Under the pieces are notes generated by a model. The model was not told the origin of the DNA, made no database searches, and saw only the letters and a list, made by a program, of their open reading frames with translations. Positions 40,250-54,442 of a DNA stretch of 64,000 nucleotides are shown here, piece by piece. Position numbers and translations under genes: made by a program. The stretch covers positions 185,256,001 to 185,320,000 of the forward strand of contig OX597815.1 in assembly GCA_951406725.2 (NCBI GenBank), given 5' to 3'. How positions within the stretch are numbered: position 1 is the stretch's first letter; the number at the start of each line of letters is the position of its first letter. The DNA is from Octopus vulgaris. Lineage: Eukaryota.

Positions 40250-40640
40250 CAGAAAATGGAGAAATATCGATGAATAACTATGGACTTACATCAATTATTT
40301 ATTAATTCAATATTAATAGACTGCATCCCATCTAACAGCTGTTTCTGCTTTCAATATTGTATGATATTGCTATTGATATGGTAAAAATATTTATCATGTT
40401 TGGTAATAAAACCGATCTGAACCATGGAACTTCATCAGAGGGAAGAATAAATAAAGAAGAGCATAGAGAAGAAATAGGGAAAAGTTGAATATGGTTGTAA
40501 TCATATCATTTTGCTTGTGTATTTCTTTGGGAAGTTAAGTAAAAACAGCTGTTAGATGGGATGCAATATATTTGTATTGAATTGATAAATAATAATTGAT
40601 GTAAGTCAATTGTTGTTCATCGATATTTTTCCATTTTCTG
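40250..40640. repeat. Inverted repeat of about 95-bp arms with a hammerhead-like remnant
   Basis: CAGAAAATGG...AACAGCTGTTT / AAACAGCTGTT...CCATTTTCTG. Minus strand has CTGATGAAG...GAAACAGCTGTT. Confidence 0.6.
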
Positions 40641-43036
40641 ACTCCTTATATATATATATATATATATATATACTTAATAATTACGGATAAAATTTTTGCG
40701 ATTTTATCAAGTAGTCAGTATGTATAAATAATATCTAATACGAGTATATATATATAAGTACAGTAATAAGGGCTCTAATAACTAGAGCCACATGCTGGAA
40801 ATAGACGGCAAATGGCACTAAGAACTACAGTTATTCGCTCCATTAGCACGTATTGAATGCGAAGAAAGCGAAGAAATAGTTTTTATAAAAATGGTTTAAC
40901 GACATATCGATTTCGGATCGCATATATAAATATAGACAAGTATAATTCTTGAAAATTCTACAGATTTTTACAGTTCCAGTAATGGTTTAGATTTGTATGA
41001 ACATGTCTAGGTATGCAAATGTATAGATGAGAACACATAGATAAAAAAAAAACCCACACGAATCTGCACGTATATATACATACATACCCTGTTCCTGATG
41101 TTGAAATTCCAATGAAGGTGCCTTGGATCTAGGTTAGAAACTGACTGTTTCTCTATTGGCAAAAAAATCTTGCAATAAATCTGAATAATGACAAACATGT
41201 ATACATACATATCTATATGAATATGTGTATCTATCTCTACACCTCTCTTTCTCTCTATATATATATCTGTTTGCTTGCTTATATACATACATACGTACAT
41301 ACATACATACATGTGTCAGTGTGAACGTGCTCACTCGCGCGTGTGTGTGCTTAGCTGGTTGTTTGTTCTGTATACGTGTTATCGACAAAATGCAAATTCC
41401 GTGTCTAGAAGAAAATAACGAAAACAACGAAAGAAAGTAAGGAAAGAATATATTCATATATACAGCAATTATGTTCTTAAGGTGGCTACAAGGCCAAATA
41501 TTTGGGGAAACGTGTATATTAAATTATATTGATCCCAATATTTCACTGGTATTCAATATATCGATCCATGAAAGTTAAAACCACTGTAGATGCATTTGAA
41601 TTTAAATCGCAATTAGATACTGCAATAGATTTCTATCTGTTTGTTGTGCTTAATGACAAACTAATAATTGTCTTCGATTTAGACGCAAGGCAGAATAATT
41701 GGAACAGGAGGGACTAATTTAAGCCATCGACCTCAATAATTCAATGAGGATTTATTTTGTCTTCCTCAAATGGATGAGAAACAATGTTAGGATTCGAAAT
41801 CAGAACCTAAGTCAGAAGAGAAGTATTGTATGAAAGTTTTCTTATCCTAATGAGAATCTTTCTCTTCGCCTTGAACGAGAAACTAAGAATAAAATATGAA
41901 AATGAAACGAAAAATTTATTAATGTAGGCATTGCTGAAAGTTTCGTGCTTAGTGGCTTTGAAATGAATAAATATGTTTAGTTTCTTTTCAATATTTCCAT
42001 CTATTTTCAAGCCAACTACTTAAGAGGCATTTCTTCGTTCGTTTTCATTTTTTGAGACCACATTCTATTATCTACTCTTTTCAGAGAAGCTGGCATTTGT
42101 CCAGTTTATGAAAAGGCTAGGCAAACAATGGCTGCCAGAAGATTGATAAATTCAAATATAAATTCACTTATTACATAACCATAAAACTCTTCGAAAACAA
42201 TAAATTACACAAAACTGTTTATGTTATGCCTCTCGCATACATTCATAAAAGTCACCAAAATCCATTACTGTCAAGCTTTTGAAAGAAGTAAATCTAATGT
42301 GCAACGAGACCCATCCTGTCTTTGGAATAAACAAATAGAACCCTTTATTGAATAGAATAGCAATGCCTCTGAGGCTATTTACTTTCCAGTACACAACATT
42401 TATAAAAGCATTGCCGCGAATGACTACCATTATATATCTAAAAGGATGCAATCACACATTCTTAAATGATTTTATAAAAGAATATAACGAGCGTGTTACT
42501 CGGTATGAGAGTTACAGTTGGAGTTAGAAACATCTCTCAAATGAGTTTCAGTGAAACCGTTTGTTCCTTTTTACAACAACCAGAAAAATAATTGTACATC
42601 GGTGAGTCGACGTCAGTATAAAAATTGTGGGCAGAGATGTAATACCAGGGGATGACGGTCGGTAGAGTGACATACTCTAGTATATAGCTACACAAAGCTG
42701 TAAGATTTACATTCACACAGCCATAATTTTTACTCTGAGACGAATAGCACTGCTGGTTCACCTCCAATGTCAACCATTCCTGGCCGTCCAGTGGAACACA
42801 ATACCTGAGTGGCAGATGCTTTACTTTGGTTTCGATCTGGATTGAGCTAAATTTAGTGAATCTTTTAACACCGAAATATTCAATAGCATTGAATAGATTT
42901 TTAAAAGAAGCCCTGCAAACAATCTTAAACTACGTAAATCTAAATTGCCTTGTTTTCAAGGAAACTATGGAAGCGTTTAAACTGAGCTTTCCAATAAATC
43001 CATAAAACCTCCTTTGTTTAGAAATAAATGCAATTA

Positions 43037-44294
43037 TTAGGTCGCCAAGTATGAAATTTGCAGTAAGGTATATGATAAATTTTGACAGCTGCTCATTTTG
43101 CGCCATCATTATAATTTAGCAATATTTATTTTTTTGTTAGAAAGCTGACACAGCTATTTATTCAAACTCATTTTGCGCCTTATAAAATATCTATAAATCG
43201 TTCTTTGCTATTCTTGTTTAAATATGGATAAGTCAGAAATTCGTACAGTTTTGAAATAGGAGTTCTTTCTTGGAAATACAGCATCACAGGCAGCTCGGAA
43301 TATTAATGGAGTATTTCGTTCTAATGTTATTACACAGCAAATTGGTTTGCAAAACTTCGTTCTGGTAATTTGGATCTCACAAATGAGCAAAGCTGTCGAC
43401 CAAAAACAAAGGTGGATACTAACGAACTGAGATTCATCGTCCGGTCAGATCCATCTCAAAGTGCCCGTGAATTATCATTGTTGTGTGGTGTTAGCAAGCA
43501 AACAATATTAACTCACCTAGTTCAAATAGGTAAAATGAAAAACTTGGATAAGTGGTTTCCACATGAACTCAATGAAAATCAGAAACAGCAACGTTTGAAA
43601 GCCTGCATTTCTCGTCACAAAAATGAATTATTTTTTAATCGAATTGTAACATGTGATGATAAATTGATCCAATACAACAATCGTAAACGTTCAGCACAAT
43701 AGTTGGACAAAGACAAGCCACCAAAATACAGTCCAAGAAGCAAAATTCATCAAAACATGCTCATGGTTGGTGTTTGGTGATCTGGCGCAGGTGTGACCCA
43801 TTATGAGTTCATTAAACCTGGCCCAAAAATCACGGTCGAAGTATACTGCAGCCAACTGGACCAAATGATACAGAAACTTGCAAAAAGACAGCCTAGATTA
43901 GTCAACAGATCTACTCCTATTTTATTGCAAAACAACACCAGACCATACATCGCAAAAATGACATTGGTGAAACTACAGGGGTTGGAGTTGGAAGCTCTCC
44001 ATCATCCACCATACTCACCTGATCTTGCCCCCACAGACTACAACTTCTTCCAGAATTTCGATAACTTTTTGATAGGAAAAAAAATAATTCCGACGATGCT
44101 GTAAAACAGGTCTTCCAAGATTTTATTGACTCTAGATTGCCAGGCTTTTACAGTTCTGGGTTGGACAAGCTACCGCTGAAATGGCAAAAGTGTATTGACA
44201 ACATGAAAGCATGTTTTGAAGAATAAAACTATTCCTTGTATATATAAAACATTGGCAAACTGTTTTTCTACAAATCTCATACTTGACGACCTTA
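43037..44294 (+). mobile_element. Full-length mariner (Tc1/mariner superfamily), 1258 bp, defective
   Basis: 24-bp TIRs TTAGGTCGCCAAGTATGAAATTTG with 3 mismatches; TA on both sides. Confidence 0.92.
43224..44226 (+). pseudogene. Mariner transposase pseudogene
   Basis: WFPHEL, IVTCDDK, LLQNN (second catalytic D lost), HPPYSPDLAPTDY; several stops and frameshifts. Confidence 0.9.
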
Positions 44295-44481
44295 TAGCTT
44301 CGATCTGGTGCCAAATCTAAATTGTGAATAATCTCACTAGGACGTCATCTTTTACACGAATCCCCTTTTGTAACTAATAAATGGGGTTACCTTATTGCAA
44401 ATCAAGGGGCCGTTTGAAAGTATGGAAGTTTAGGAGACAAATATGAATCTGTAAAATTAGCACTTATCAAAGTTGTTGTTT

Positions 44482-44745
44482 GTTCCTTCTCGTTTTCCCG
44501 GTTTCTTGGCGTATAGGTTCACCACCTGGACGGGACGCCGGTCCGTCGCAGGTGAGCTGCAAGATGCAGGAGGAAAGTGAGAGAAAGTTGTGACGAAAGA
44601 GTCAGCAGAAGTTTCGCCATTACCTTCTGCCGGAGCCACGTGGAGCTTAGGAGTTTCGCTCATAAATACACACATCGCCCGGTCTGCGATTCGAACCCAC
44701 GATCCCTCGACTGCGAGTCCGCTGTTCTAACCACTAGGCCATGTA
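44482..44745 (-). mobile_element. tRNA-derived SINE (family C related)
   Basis: Head TGGCCTAGTGGTTAGAAC...GGTTCGAATCG. Confidence 0.75.
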
Positions 44746-46094
44746 CCCCCACACACTTATTAAAGTATATAAGTGGCATACAAGATGTGAAGTTATTGAA
44801 GTGACTATGGAGCACACATTCGATTTGCCGAGAGCTTCACTGTCGCCTAAAAAGCACACACTATCACTGACAATACTGCGAAAATATATATTCAAGGTTG
44901 AGTTATGAGTTATTGCTATTAATTTAAAACTGCAAATAGACAAACCGATATTAATTTTTGACTCTCATAAATTTTCATTAAATTGTTTTAAAAAATCATT
45001 CCTGCTATAAATCTATCCAAAATACAAACGTGAATAATAAAAGAGTATGGTAGATTATGAGTTGATTAAAAGTATTTAAATGTACAGTTTATAAATAATG
45101 TTAATAGTGTAAATAATGTATTTAAATGTACTTTTTTATGATTTGCTTAATTTATTTAATAAATCTATCTATTTATTTATAAATAATGCAATTTGTAGTC
45201 TAATACATATTTGTCTGACTTGTGAACATACTTGTATATGAGGCATTGTATGTGTAAGAATAATACTGACAAATTTTGCTATAATTGCGATGAACTGATT
45301 TTACTAAAGACACGCAGGAACTTTGCAGATAACATTGTTATTCATTCTGTATGTAATGTATTACGTTTACTTCAGACGCGGCAATATTAGCGATCTGGCG
45401 CCTCTATTGAATATGCCTAATCGTCAATATTGGCGCCAAATATGTCTTACTTGACCAACAATAAGAGCTCTAGTGAGTGTCTATACGATTTGCTGTACCT
45501 ATGATTTGGAAAGAACAAATTAATTAAAGCATTCATTGTTATTAATTCAGAATGTCCCAGTTAGAACCCCTACACGAAACCAAATTTACATTCTTCTGAT
45601 TTATTTGTACCTAAATCATCTTCATATTTTCTATGTGATGAGTGGAATGATATACGGGGACATAGCGAAATATCAGGCACTGAGCCAGATCACTCATAGG
45701 ACTGCTATGATCTCATGACTTGAGCTTGACCAAATACACTAAAGCGTACTCCTGGCATTTTGTCTATAGCAATGGTAAGTATTTGCCCAAGGAAATAACT
45801 GGCTGTTGCCAGAGATCGAACGATAATCAACAATGTTTCTTTTACAACGTTACTGGATTATTTGCGTTTAGTAATGACTGGAAACTGTAAGAAAATTATG
45901 AAATTTTTCCCTCAAATTATGTCGAGTAGTTTATTCTAACTGAAATTTGTGTATAATTTTTATAACTAAGCATTTTAATTTATTTAAAGTAGAATTACAG
46001 TAAGTAATCAGTGGGATTTACAAACACAGTAAACAATCGTAAGATAAACAAGGAATCGTTTCAAAGACAAGTCTTAATTCTCGGTAATTATGAT

Positions 46095-46300
46095 ACTGGC
46101 TTCAAATTTTGGCGCATGGCTAGTAATTTCGAGAGAAGCGGTAAGTCGATTACATTGAACCCGGTGCTCAACTGGCACCCCCACCCCGAAAAAAAAATTA
46201 AACGGTAAAGTCGACCTCAGCGAAATTTGAACTCAGAACGTAGAGACAGATGAATTGTTGATAAGTATTTTAACCGGCGTGCAAATGATTCAGCCACTTC
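46095..46300 (-). mobile_element. Old SINE family A copy
   Basis: Degenerate match. Confidence 0.6.
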
Positions 46301-46341
46301 ACTGCTGCCATTGTTGGTAATTATATTAAGTATCCACAACT

Positions 46342-46607
46342 AGCCCAGTGGTTAGGGCAGCGGACTCGCGGTCAGAGGATCGCGGTTTCGATTCCCAGAC
46401 CAGGCGTTGTATGTGTTTATTGGGCGAAAACACCTGAAAGCTCCACGAGGCTCCGGCAGGGGGTGGCGGGGATCCCTATTGTACTCTTTCGCCCCAACGT
46501 TCTCTCTTTCTTCCTGTTTCTTGGGTAACGCTGCGATGGACTGGCGTCCCGTCCAGCTAGAGGGGGGGGGAACACATACGCCACAGGAACTGGGAAACCG
46601 GGCCCAT
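46342..46607 (+). mobile_element. SINE family C variant
   Basis: Head as at 28696, tail as at 48780. Confidence 0.75.
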
Positions 46608-47159
46608 AAAATAAAAAGTCCACAACTGATTCAAGAGCACTTATTTTTCCTCTGTTTCATATGGACGTTGGCATTCACTTGTAGCTCATCAATGTTCGAG
46701 ACAAGGATTCATGAACGTTTTCCTTCTCAAACACAAATTCCTGCCTCATTCTGACGCGAAAATTAAAAGTGGTGTCCTTTATAGTCCTCAGATGGGTACT
46801 TACTTTGGAGATCCGTATTATCACGTTTTATGCAAAACAAACAAAATACTTGGGATTTATTCAAAGAACTTTTATTTTTGGAGGGGAAACAATTACACAA
46901 ACATATAACTATTAGTAAAATGTACGTAATTTGCCATGCAGAATGAGATTAGATGTTAAATTTGTGCCTTCACTGGCTATTTTCCCATGTAAGACTTAAT
47001 GACATAACGGAAGAGAATATGGTAAGACGTTTCACCAGAACAGTTATCTTATTGATAAAATTCACCAAGAAAATGATCAAATGAAATATTTGATGGCTAC
47101 GACTGGAATAAGCAGCATGGCGCATCTTATCAGAACGTGAATTATGGTAGATATGCTAA

Positions 47160-47213
<54 letters not shown>

Positions 47214-47303
47214 GGCGGTGCCCCAGCATGGCCACAGCTCGTGAGCTGAAACTAGATAAAATTTTTAAAAATAAATAAATAAAATATATATACATATATA
47301 CAT

Positions 47304-47340
<37 letters not shown>

Positions 47341-47529
47341 GTCGGCATGATAAATCGTTAGCCACTACACACACTTTTTTTCTCTCCTTGTTTTTTTCTG
47401 TGTCCCTTTCTGTAGAAGAGCGTAGGCTCGAAACGTAAAAGACTTTTTCTATTCCTGAGCGTTATACTAATACATCTGTTTGTTTTGTACACCACCTATC
47501 TTCGTCTTTTGTTTTTTTTCGTAAACTCT

Positions 47530-47532
<3 letters not shown>
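47341..47532 (+). mobile_element. Short Penelope-like pLTR remnant with a minimal hammerhead-like motif, inserted in (TA)n
   Basis: CTTT-CTGTAGA-A-GAGC gtag GCTC-GAAA-CGTA-AAAG at 47406-47441. Confidence 0.6.
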
Positions 47533-47584
<52 letters not shown>

Positions 47585-47734
47585 ACAAAACAATTAGGAA
47601 GAGTCTCAGGACAGAATGTATCACGGTGTCTTTTCAATTCTCTGTGTTCTAACTAAAAATCTTGCTAAGTTCAATCCTGTTTTTTATCCTTTCGGGGTCG
47701 ATAAATAAAGGATCACTTTAGTACTAGTGTCAGT

Positions 47735-47865
<131 letters not shown>

Positions 47866-47990
47866 ACTCACACACACACACATACACTTTCACACACAAA
47901 CATACACACCTTACTCTTCTCTCCATGTGCGTGATACAATTATCAGCTTGGTCAGTTCTGGACAGTGATAGGCTGCACTAGGTTTAAATG

Positions 47991-48412
47991 TAGGCATAGG
48001 TTTGTAGTAAGTAGTTTGCTTCCCAATCACATGGGTCCGGGTTCAGTCCCACTGTGCGCCACCTCGGGCAAGTGTTTTCTACCATAACCTCGGGCCGACC
48101 AAATCCTTGTGAGTGGATATGGTAGGCGGAAACTGAAAGAAGCCCACCGTGTGTGTGTGCGTGTGTGTGTGCGCGCATGTGTATCTTTGTGTCTGTGTTT
48201 GTTAACCATCATCACTTGACAACCGGTGTTGGTGTGTTTATGCCACCCGTAACCGTGAGCGGTTTGGCAAGATTGACCGATAGAAAAAGTACCAGAATTA
48301 AAATGAAAAGAATTAATCCTGGGGTCGATTTATTCGGCTAAAACTCCTGAAGGCGGTGCCCCAGCATGGCCGCAATCATATGGCTGAAACAAGTTAAAAA
48401 TAAGGATAAAGA
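47991..48412 (+). mobile_element. SINE family B
   Basis: Family match. Confidence 0.8.
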
Positions 48413-48473
48413 TACATCATATTCTATGACGGCACCAGTACAAGTCTACAAGAACTTGAAACTTCATGAAAGG

Positions 48474-48638
48474 TTGTTTGCCAACATAACATGGCAGTCC
48501 TGGTTTAGGACGAATGTTGCTGTAATTTAGTCCCAAGAGACATCGTCTCCAGCTGGCTATACGACACGATGACTCCTGGGGATAAATTACAGCAACATTC
48601 GTCCTAAACCAGGACTGCCATGTTATGTTGGCAAACAA
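48474..48638. repeat. 165-bp palindrome with arms of about 72 bp
   Basis: TTGTTTGCCAACATAACATGGCAGTCC... pairs with ...GGACTGCCATGTTATGTTGGCAAACAA; the outer ~55 bp pair perfectly. Confidence 0.88.
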
Positions 48639-48779
48639 GCTTTACTCCAAAGTACTGTTGCTGAATATCTCTCGTTGTGAGAAGCTGGAATATCATGGAA
48701 TACCTTTCGTTACATTTGGTTTATAGACGAAAAGCTGATTGACGTAAATAATTTGAGTACTTATAAAAGCATTTAAGTG

Positions 48780-49025
48780 GTGGCGCGTGGCTTAGTGGTT
48801 AGGGTGTCAGTACCATGATCGTGAGATTGTGGTTTCGATTCCTGGACCGGGCGACGCGCTGTGTTCTTGAGCAAACCACTTCATTTCACGTTGCTCCAGT
48901 CCACTCAGCTGGCAAAAATGAGTAACGCTGCGATGGACTGGCGTCTTGTCCAGCTGGAGAACACATACGCCCTAGAAACCGGGAAACCGGGCCCATGAGC
49001 CTGGCTAGGCTTTAAAGGGGCGCAT
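48780..49025 (+). mobile_element. tRNA-derived SINE (C2 subfamily)
   Basis: GGCGCGTGGCTTAGTGGTTAGGGTG...GGTTTCGATTCC; a homologue lies at 54443-54690. Confidence 0.82.
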
Positions 49026-49914
49026 TTATTATATTATTTTAAAAACATTTAAACCTTCATAAGGTAAAATATAGTTATCGGAATTGATGAAACATTGGGC
49101 GTCTTTATCATACACAAGTCGAAAAATTTAAATGAAGTTTTGTTATAGTTTTCAGTGAGCGTAAAACTAATTTCAAATTTTTCAAATATGTATTTGTATG
49201 AAATTTCGTTCCTCGATCTTGTTACGTTAAGTTTGTCGGATATTGTAGGATATTTTGTCAGATATTGTAATATATTATCTAACAAAGCAACATGAGAACA
49301 ATAACTCAATTTTCTTAGCTGGTGATTTGTAGCCGTTCAGATTTTGTATAACTTAAGCCCCACTCAAGCAGACCTCCAAGCAAAAGAGTCCCCACTGTGA
49401 CCGTGTAGTGAAGTCCAAATCAGTATAAAATTTGAAGGCTAATCACCTGATTTTCTGAATAGGTCGAGTGACTACGCTACGTAGAGAATTTCTCATTACA
49501 TCGATCATTCGGAGAATATTGGATATCATGAAAAGGACAGGATTTAGATTAATATTCGGAAATCTATGCTGCTTATAAATCCCAGGTAACCATTGTCTGC
49601 TATAAATGCATGCGTTGGAGATAAAAGAACATTAATATTGGTCAGCATTCATTTCGGTGTTTAGCAACCACGAATTTCAAAATGTTACAGATATATGTAT
49701 GGCATTTTCAGGATTTTATGTATGGCATTTTCAGGATTTTATGTATGGCATTTTAGGACCGTAATGTTACGACATCGTAACATTATTCCTTTTTAAAAGA
49801 GGTTACGAATATTAACAGGAACTCATATCGGTCCGTATTTATTCCTACGTATCGTATTCTCTGCTAAAGTCGATTTCCTAGAAGGTTGAATCGATAATCA
49901 TGTACAAGTTATTA

Positions 49915-50325
49915 TAATAGTCTTATTGTTATCACGTGCTTTCACTGCATCACCGAGCGTAGCTCTGTGTGCCTTGGGTATGTGTTGTGGCTTGTTATAA
50001 TGCTCTTATTTTCACTGTATTGAAAGAGCTTGGACGTAGGATGTGTGCGGTATCTAGTAGTGCTATTTTCTGTATGTTATATACACTTGTAAGTCCTGGT
50101 ATTTTGGTTATGTATTTGTCTGAATGCTTTTTTTTGTTATACTTTTAAGAGTTACTTCTATTTTCAGATATTTGTATTTAGAAAGTTTCTCTGTTTCTTT
50201 TAGAGAAACATTGTCATCTGTTGGTATTGATACATCTATTAGAAAACACTTTTTTCTCTTGATGATCTCTGACAACTATATCCAGCCTATTGGTCTTAAT
50301 TTCTCTGTCTGTGTGTATTGACATA
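49915..50325 (-). mobile_element. 3' fragment of a non-LTR retrotransposon with restriction-like endonuclease (R4/Dong/NeSL type)
   Basis: IHTDREIKTNRLDIVVRD...CFLIDVSIPTDDNVSLKETEKLSKY...IQKIALLDTAHILR, with frameshifts. Confidence 0.78.
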
Positions 50326-50858
50326 TCTCATTTACTGTGACCTTTTCTCGCATGTACCCATACCACCTTTCTTCTGTTATTCCACGGTGTTGGCACAGCT
50401 TCCAGTGTACTATCATCATAATCATCATTTACTATCTGTGACTCTCCCTCACCATATTTTCTCTGATGTTTACTGTCTCCCTCCCTTTCGTTTTTTTATG
50501 TGTTCGTCACTACTTCTTACCCAGAAGGCAACTCTGTATCTACATTTTCTCACTTCTAATTCTATATTCTATATTTTCTTTCTGAACTATGCTAATTCCC
50601 GCTGTAATTTACTCTTGTTCAAAAATCATTAAGGGAACAAATTTCTAGTATACTTTTCTCATAAATAATAGTGACAAATTCATATGACACTGCAAATAAT
50701 TGTTGTTGACAACGATCCGGAGAAATTGTATTCACCTCTGTAGTCGTCATTGATTGGTTGAAATTGCCGAAATGCAAGAAATTAAACAACAAATAGCTTA
50801 CAAACTACAGAATTTTCTCGAGAAAGCCAAGAGAAAAAGATGTTTTATGTAACACATA

Positions 50859-51250
50859 GGCGCAGGAGTGGATGTGTGGTAGCTTGTTTACCAACCACAT
50901 GGTTCCGAGTTCAGTCCCACTGTGTAGCACCTTGGGCAAGTGTCTTCGACTATAGCCTCGGGCCGACCAAAGCCTTGTGAGTGGATTTGGTAGATGGAAA
51001 CTGAAAGAAGCCCGTCGTATATATGTTTATATGTGTGTGTGCGTGTGTGTTTGTGTGTCTGTTTGTCCCCCTAGCATTGCTTTACAACCGATGCTTATGT
51101 GTTTATGTCCCCGTCACTTAGCGGTTCGGCAAAAGAGACCGATAGAATAAGTACTGGGCTTACAAAGAATAAGTCCCGGTGTCGAGTTGCTCGATTAAAG
51201 GCGGTGTTCCAGCATGGCCGCAGTCAAAATGACTGAAACAAGTAAAAAGG
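50859..51250 (+). mobile_element. SINE family B, full length
   Basis: GGCGCAGGAGTGG head to ...GAAACAAGTAAAA tail; flanked by AACACAT repeats. Confidence 0.85.
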
Positions 51251-52194
51251 AAAATTTAAAAAAAAAACACATTCTACCAGTATACGAAGTTTAAAAGTGT
51301 TTAGTTACAAAGAAATAATTTTTAAAATCTGCCGGTCAAAGCGAAAAGATCCGAGTGTTGCATTCAGTGACGGTTAATGTTCTGTGATTCGTTAGTATCT
51401 AGAACAAGCTACTGGACTAGCAAATGGTTGTTATCTTCAAACAATGGCTTTGTTAGAACAGTTATAGAATTAACTGTATGTTTTTCTCAATTTAATTATT
51501 TCTGCACTTTCTTAAAAAATTGATTTCTTTATAATTGGCGGTTCTATTTGTGGCTTTTATGCATGCAAGTCTAAACTGATTCATTGAACAACACCAAGAG
51601 TCCTTTCAGCGAAAAGTAATTTTAAGTTTGATCATTTCTATAGTTTGTTATTAATTATTTGTTATTGACTGGCGATTTTATTTGTGACTTGGAGACTGAA
51701 TATAATAAATGAGTTTATTGAATAATGCTACTCTCTTAATTAGAACTATTTAATTATAAGAAGACATTCAGTTATCATTCTTTTTCTTAGTTGGTAATTT
51801 TAGAGACTCTAGATATTTTTAACAGCATTTCTTTCGATTTCGGTTTTATTGCAATTTGAGAATTACTGATTTTTCTAATTCCATGGGTATAAAGAATTAC
51901 TGATTTTTAAAATTCCATGGATATATTTTGAAAATCACTTGAATGTTGGGGGTTAACATTTTCTTTTTATGAACAACTTTGGTAAGAACCATAGCCCCAA
52001 AAGTGGAGGAGACATGCTCATTATAAAGACTTTAAAGTTTTTGAGTATAATTGTTAGTCCTATCTTCTTTTCTGATCTCATAGTCTCTTACTTTGCCTGT
52101 GGTGATAAACACAGTAAGATACCTCTCAGTTTCCAAATATTATGTTCGCTTCTACACTGTATTTGCATGTGTACAGTCGAGAACCTAATATTCC

Positions 52195-52587
52195 TTTCTA
52201 TCCTAGGCACAAGATCCGAAATTGTTGGGGAGGCGGCCAGTCGATTAGATCCACCCCAGTACGCAACTGGTATTTGATTTGTCAACACCTAAAGATGAAA
52301 AGCAAAGTCGACCTCGGAGAAAGTTGAACTCAGAACGTAAAGACAGACGAAATACTTATTTCTTTACTACCCACAAGGGGCTAAACACAGAGGGGACAAA
52401 CAAGGACAGACAAGCGGATTAAGTCGATTACATCGACCCCAGTGCGTAACTGGTACTTAATTTATCAACCCCGAAAGACGAAAGGCAAAGTCGACCTCGG
52501 AGGAATTTGAACTCAGAACGTAACGGCAGGCGAAATACTGCTAAGCATTTCGCTCGGCGTGCTAACGTTTCTGCCAGCTCGCCGCCC
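52195..52587 (-). mobile_element. SINE family A dimer
   Basis: Family match. Confidence 0.82.
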
Positions 52588-52775
52588 TGTCGAAAAATAA
52601 GCGAGATGAATGGCACAAATCGTGAAGGTATAAAAATCATAAAGCCACTCTGTAAGTAGGTTGAATCCGTCAGGAAAATAGCTAAGAGACAACGATACGG
52701 GAGGAAGAAAATATAACCGGTATAAATCTGGAAGTGCTGTAATCTATGGTGAATTTTCTCGCTTTTATATAACAG

Positions 52776-52869
52776 TCGGCCCAGAAGATTCTACAAGTTG
52801 TCTGGCGGGAAAACTTGCACTTTTCCTTTGAAGTTGCTGCCTTATTCATAAATAAGTCAGCCAGTGCAG
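52776..52869 (+). CDS. Candidate isolated exon (SAQKILQVVWRENLHFSFEVAALFINKSASA)
   Basis: Acceptor ttttctcgcttttatataacag, donor CAG|gttagt, one open frame; no homology recognised. Confidence 0.15.
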
Positions 52870-54442
52870 GTTAGTTAAACTATATTAGCGTAGACCTTAA
52901 TACGATTCATAGCAACTCCGTTCCTGTCATGGAAATGGCTTAGATCTTGATTATAAACTGGAAGTGTACCGGTTACTGCAAAAATACTTCCTTTGCAATG
53001 AGTTTACTTTACAACAAACAAAGCAAAAAATATACAATAAAAAAATAACTCGCAATATTCACAAAAGTTTGGAAAATTTACCAAAATAGTCCAAACTATA
53101 TCACAGCATTGAAATATATAACATTATACATAGTATATATTTGTATTTTGCAGACCAATGCACTCACCTGTCACTTCTCGTCGTACTGTTTTTTTTTTTC
53201 AGGAAAATAGCTTTTTGTGTTGTGGGTTTCTTTGTATTTATGAGTGAATTTAATGTTGTATGAACAGATGGCTGTGTTAGGTTTATTTACATCAATGATT
53301 TTAAATTTGATCAATATGGTGAGATAAATTGTGAAGAGCAGGAAAAACAGCGTCTATGTTTAATGAAGTACAAAATGCTGTCCATGACCAGGGGAAATAT
53401 CTTAATAGTTATACCTCGAGAAAGCAGGCAGAGGAACAAGACGGAATTCTGAATAGAATAACATTGAATTCCTTGGTTTTAATAATTCTTCATTAGAGTC
53501 TTGTACAGTAAGGATATCTTCAAAGCTTAACATCTGTTTCAAGACGGAACGTAACAATGTTAACTCTCAGTTTATAAGGGGTTAAATCTTGAGTTGAGAT
53601 ATTCATGTTGAATTGACGAGTACTTCGTGTTCTTTGAAAAAGCCATTAATATAATGAACCAGAAATTCATTCGCTGATCTTATTTTCCTTAATGTATAGA
53701 TATTACAGATAATATTGATATCAACCAGTAGACAGATCAAATATATGTGCGGATGGAATCACGTGAAATTGTTTTTCAATTTCAAAAGTTCATTAGGTGA
53801 CACATAAATTCTATCATTGTTATCATCGTTATCTAGAATGGCAAAGTTGTTGCTTTGGTGGCATTTTTTTATGATATATTTCTGAGAGCTGATCTGACAG
53901 ACTAAATTTATTGTCATCAATTAGCGGGATTCCTGCGAAAATTACGACTTTCAGAGTACTCTTAAGCTAACGCGCACACACACTTTCAAACACACACACT
54001 CACACACACACACACACACTTTCTCAAACATACATTCAAACATATATTTCTCCGTGTATATGTGTATCTTTCATCTTTCACTTACTTCAGTCATTGGACT
54101 GCGGCCATGCTGGGGCACCACCTTGCAAAGTTTTTATCGAACGAATCATCGACAGAATATTTTACCGTTCAGAGGTAATGTGGCCTGCCTCTTACATACA
54201 TGCACGATCACGTACAATCAGACGCAAACACATAACACACACACACACACCACGCACGCGCGACATCAAACACATTCAAGTAGGAATATATGCACACATA
54301 CAGATACATACACAAACTCAATAAATATAGACAGATACACACATTATCATAGTTTCATATATATATAGATGCAGCCCTATTCATAATCCCTCGTACGATT
54401 ATGAATACACAATGTAACGTTATACATACATACATAAATAAA

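Noticed and set aside
42537-42805. Possible exon or ORF in unique sequence (similar cases at 21661-21948 and 38440-38730)
   Set aside because: No consistent splice pair or recognisable protein motif.
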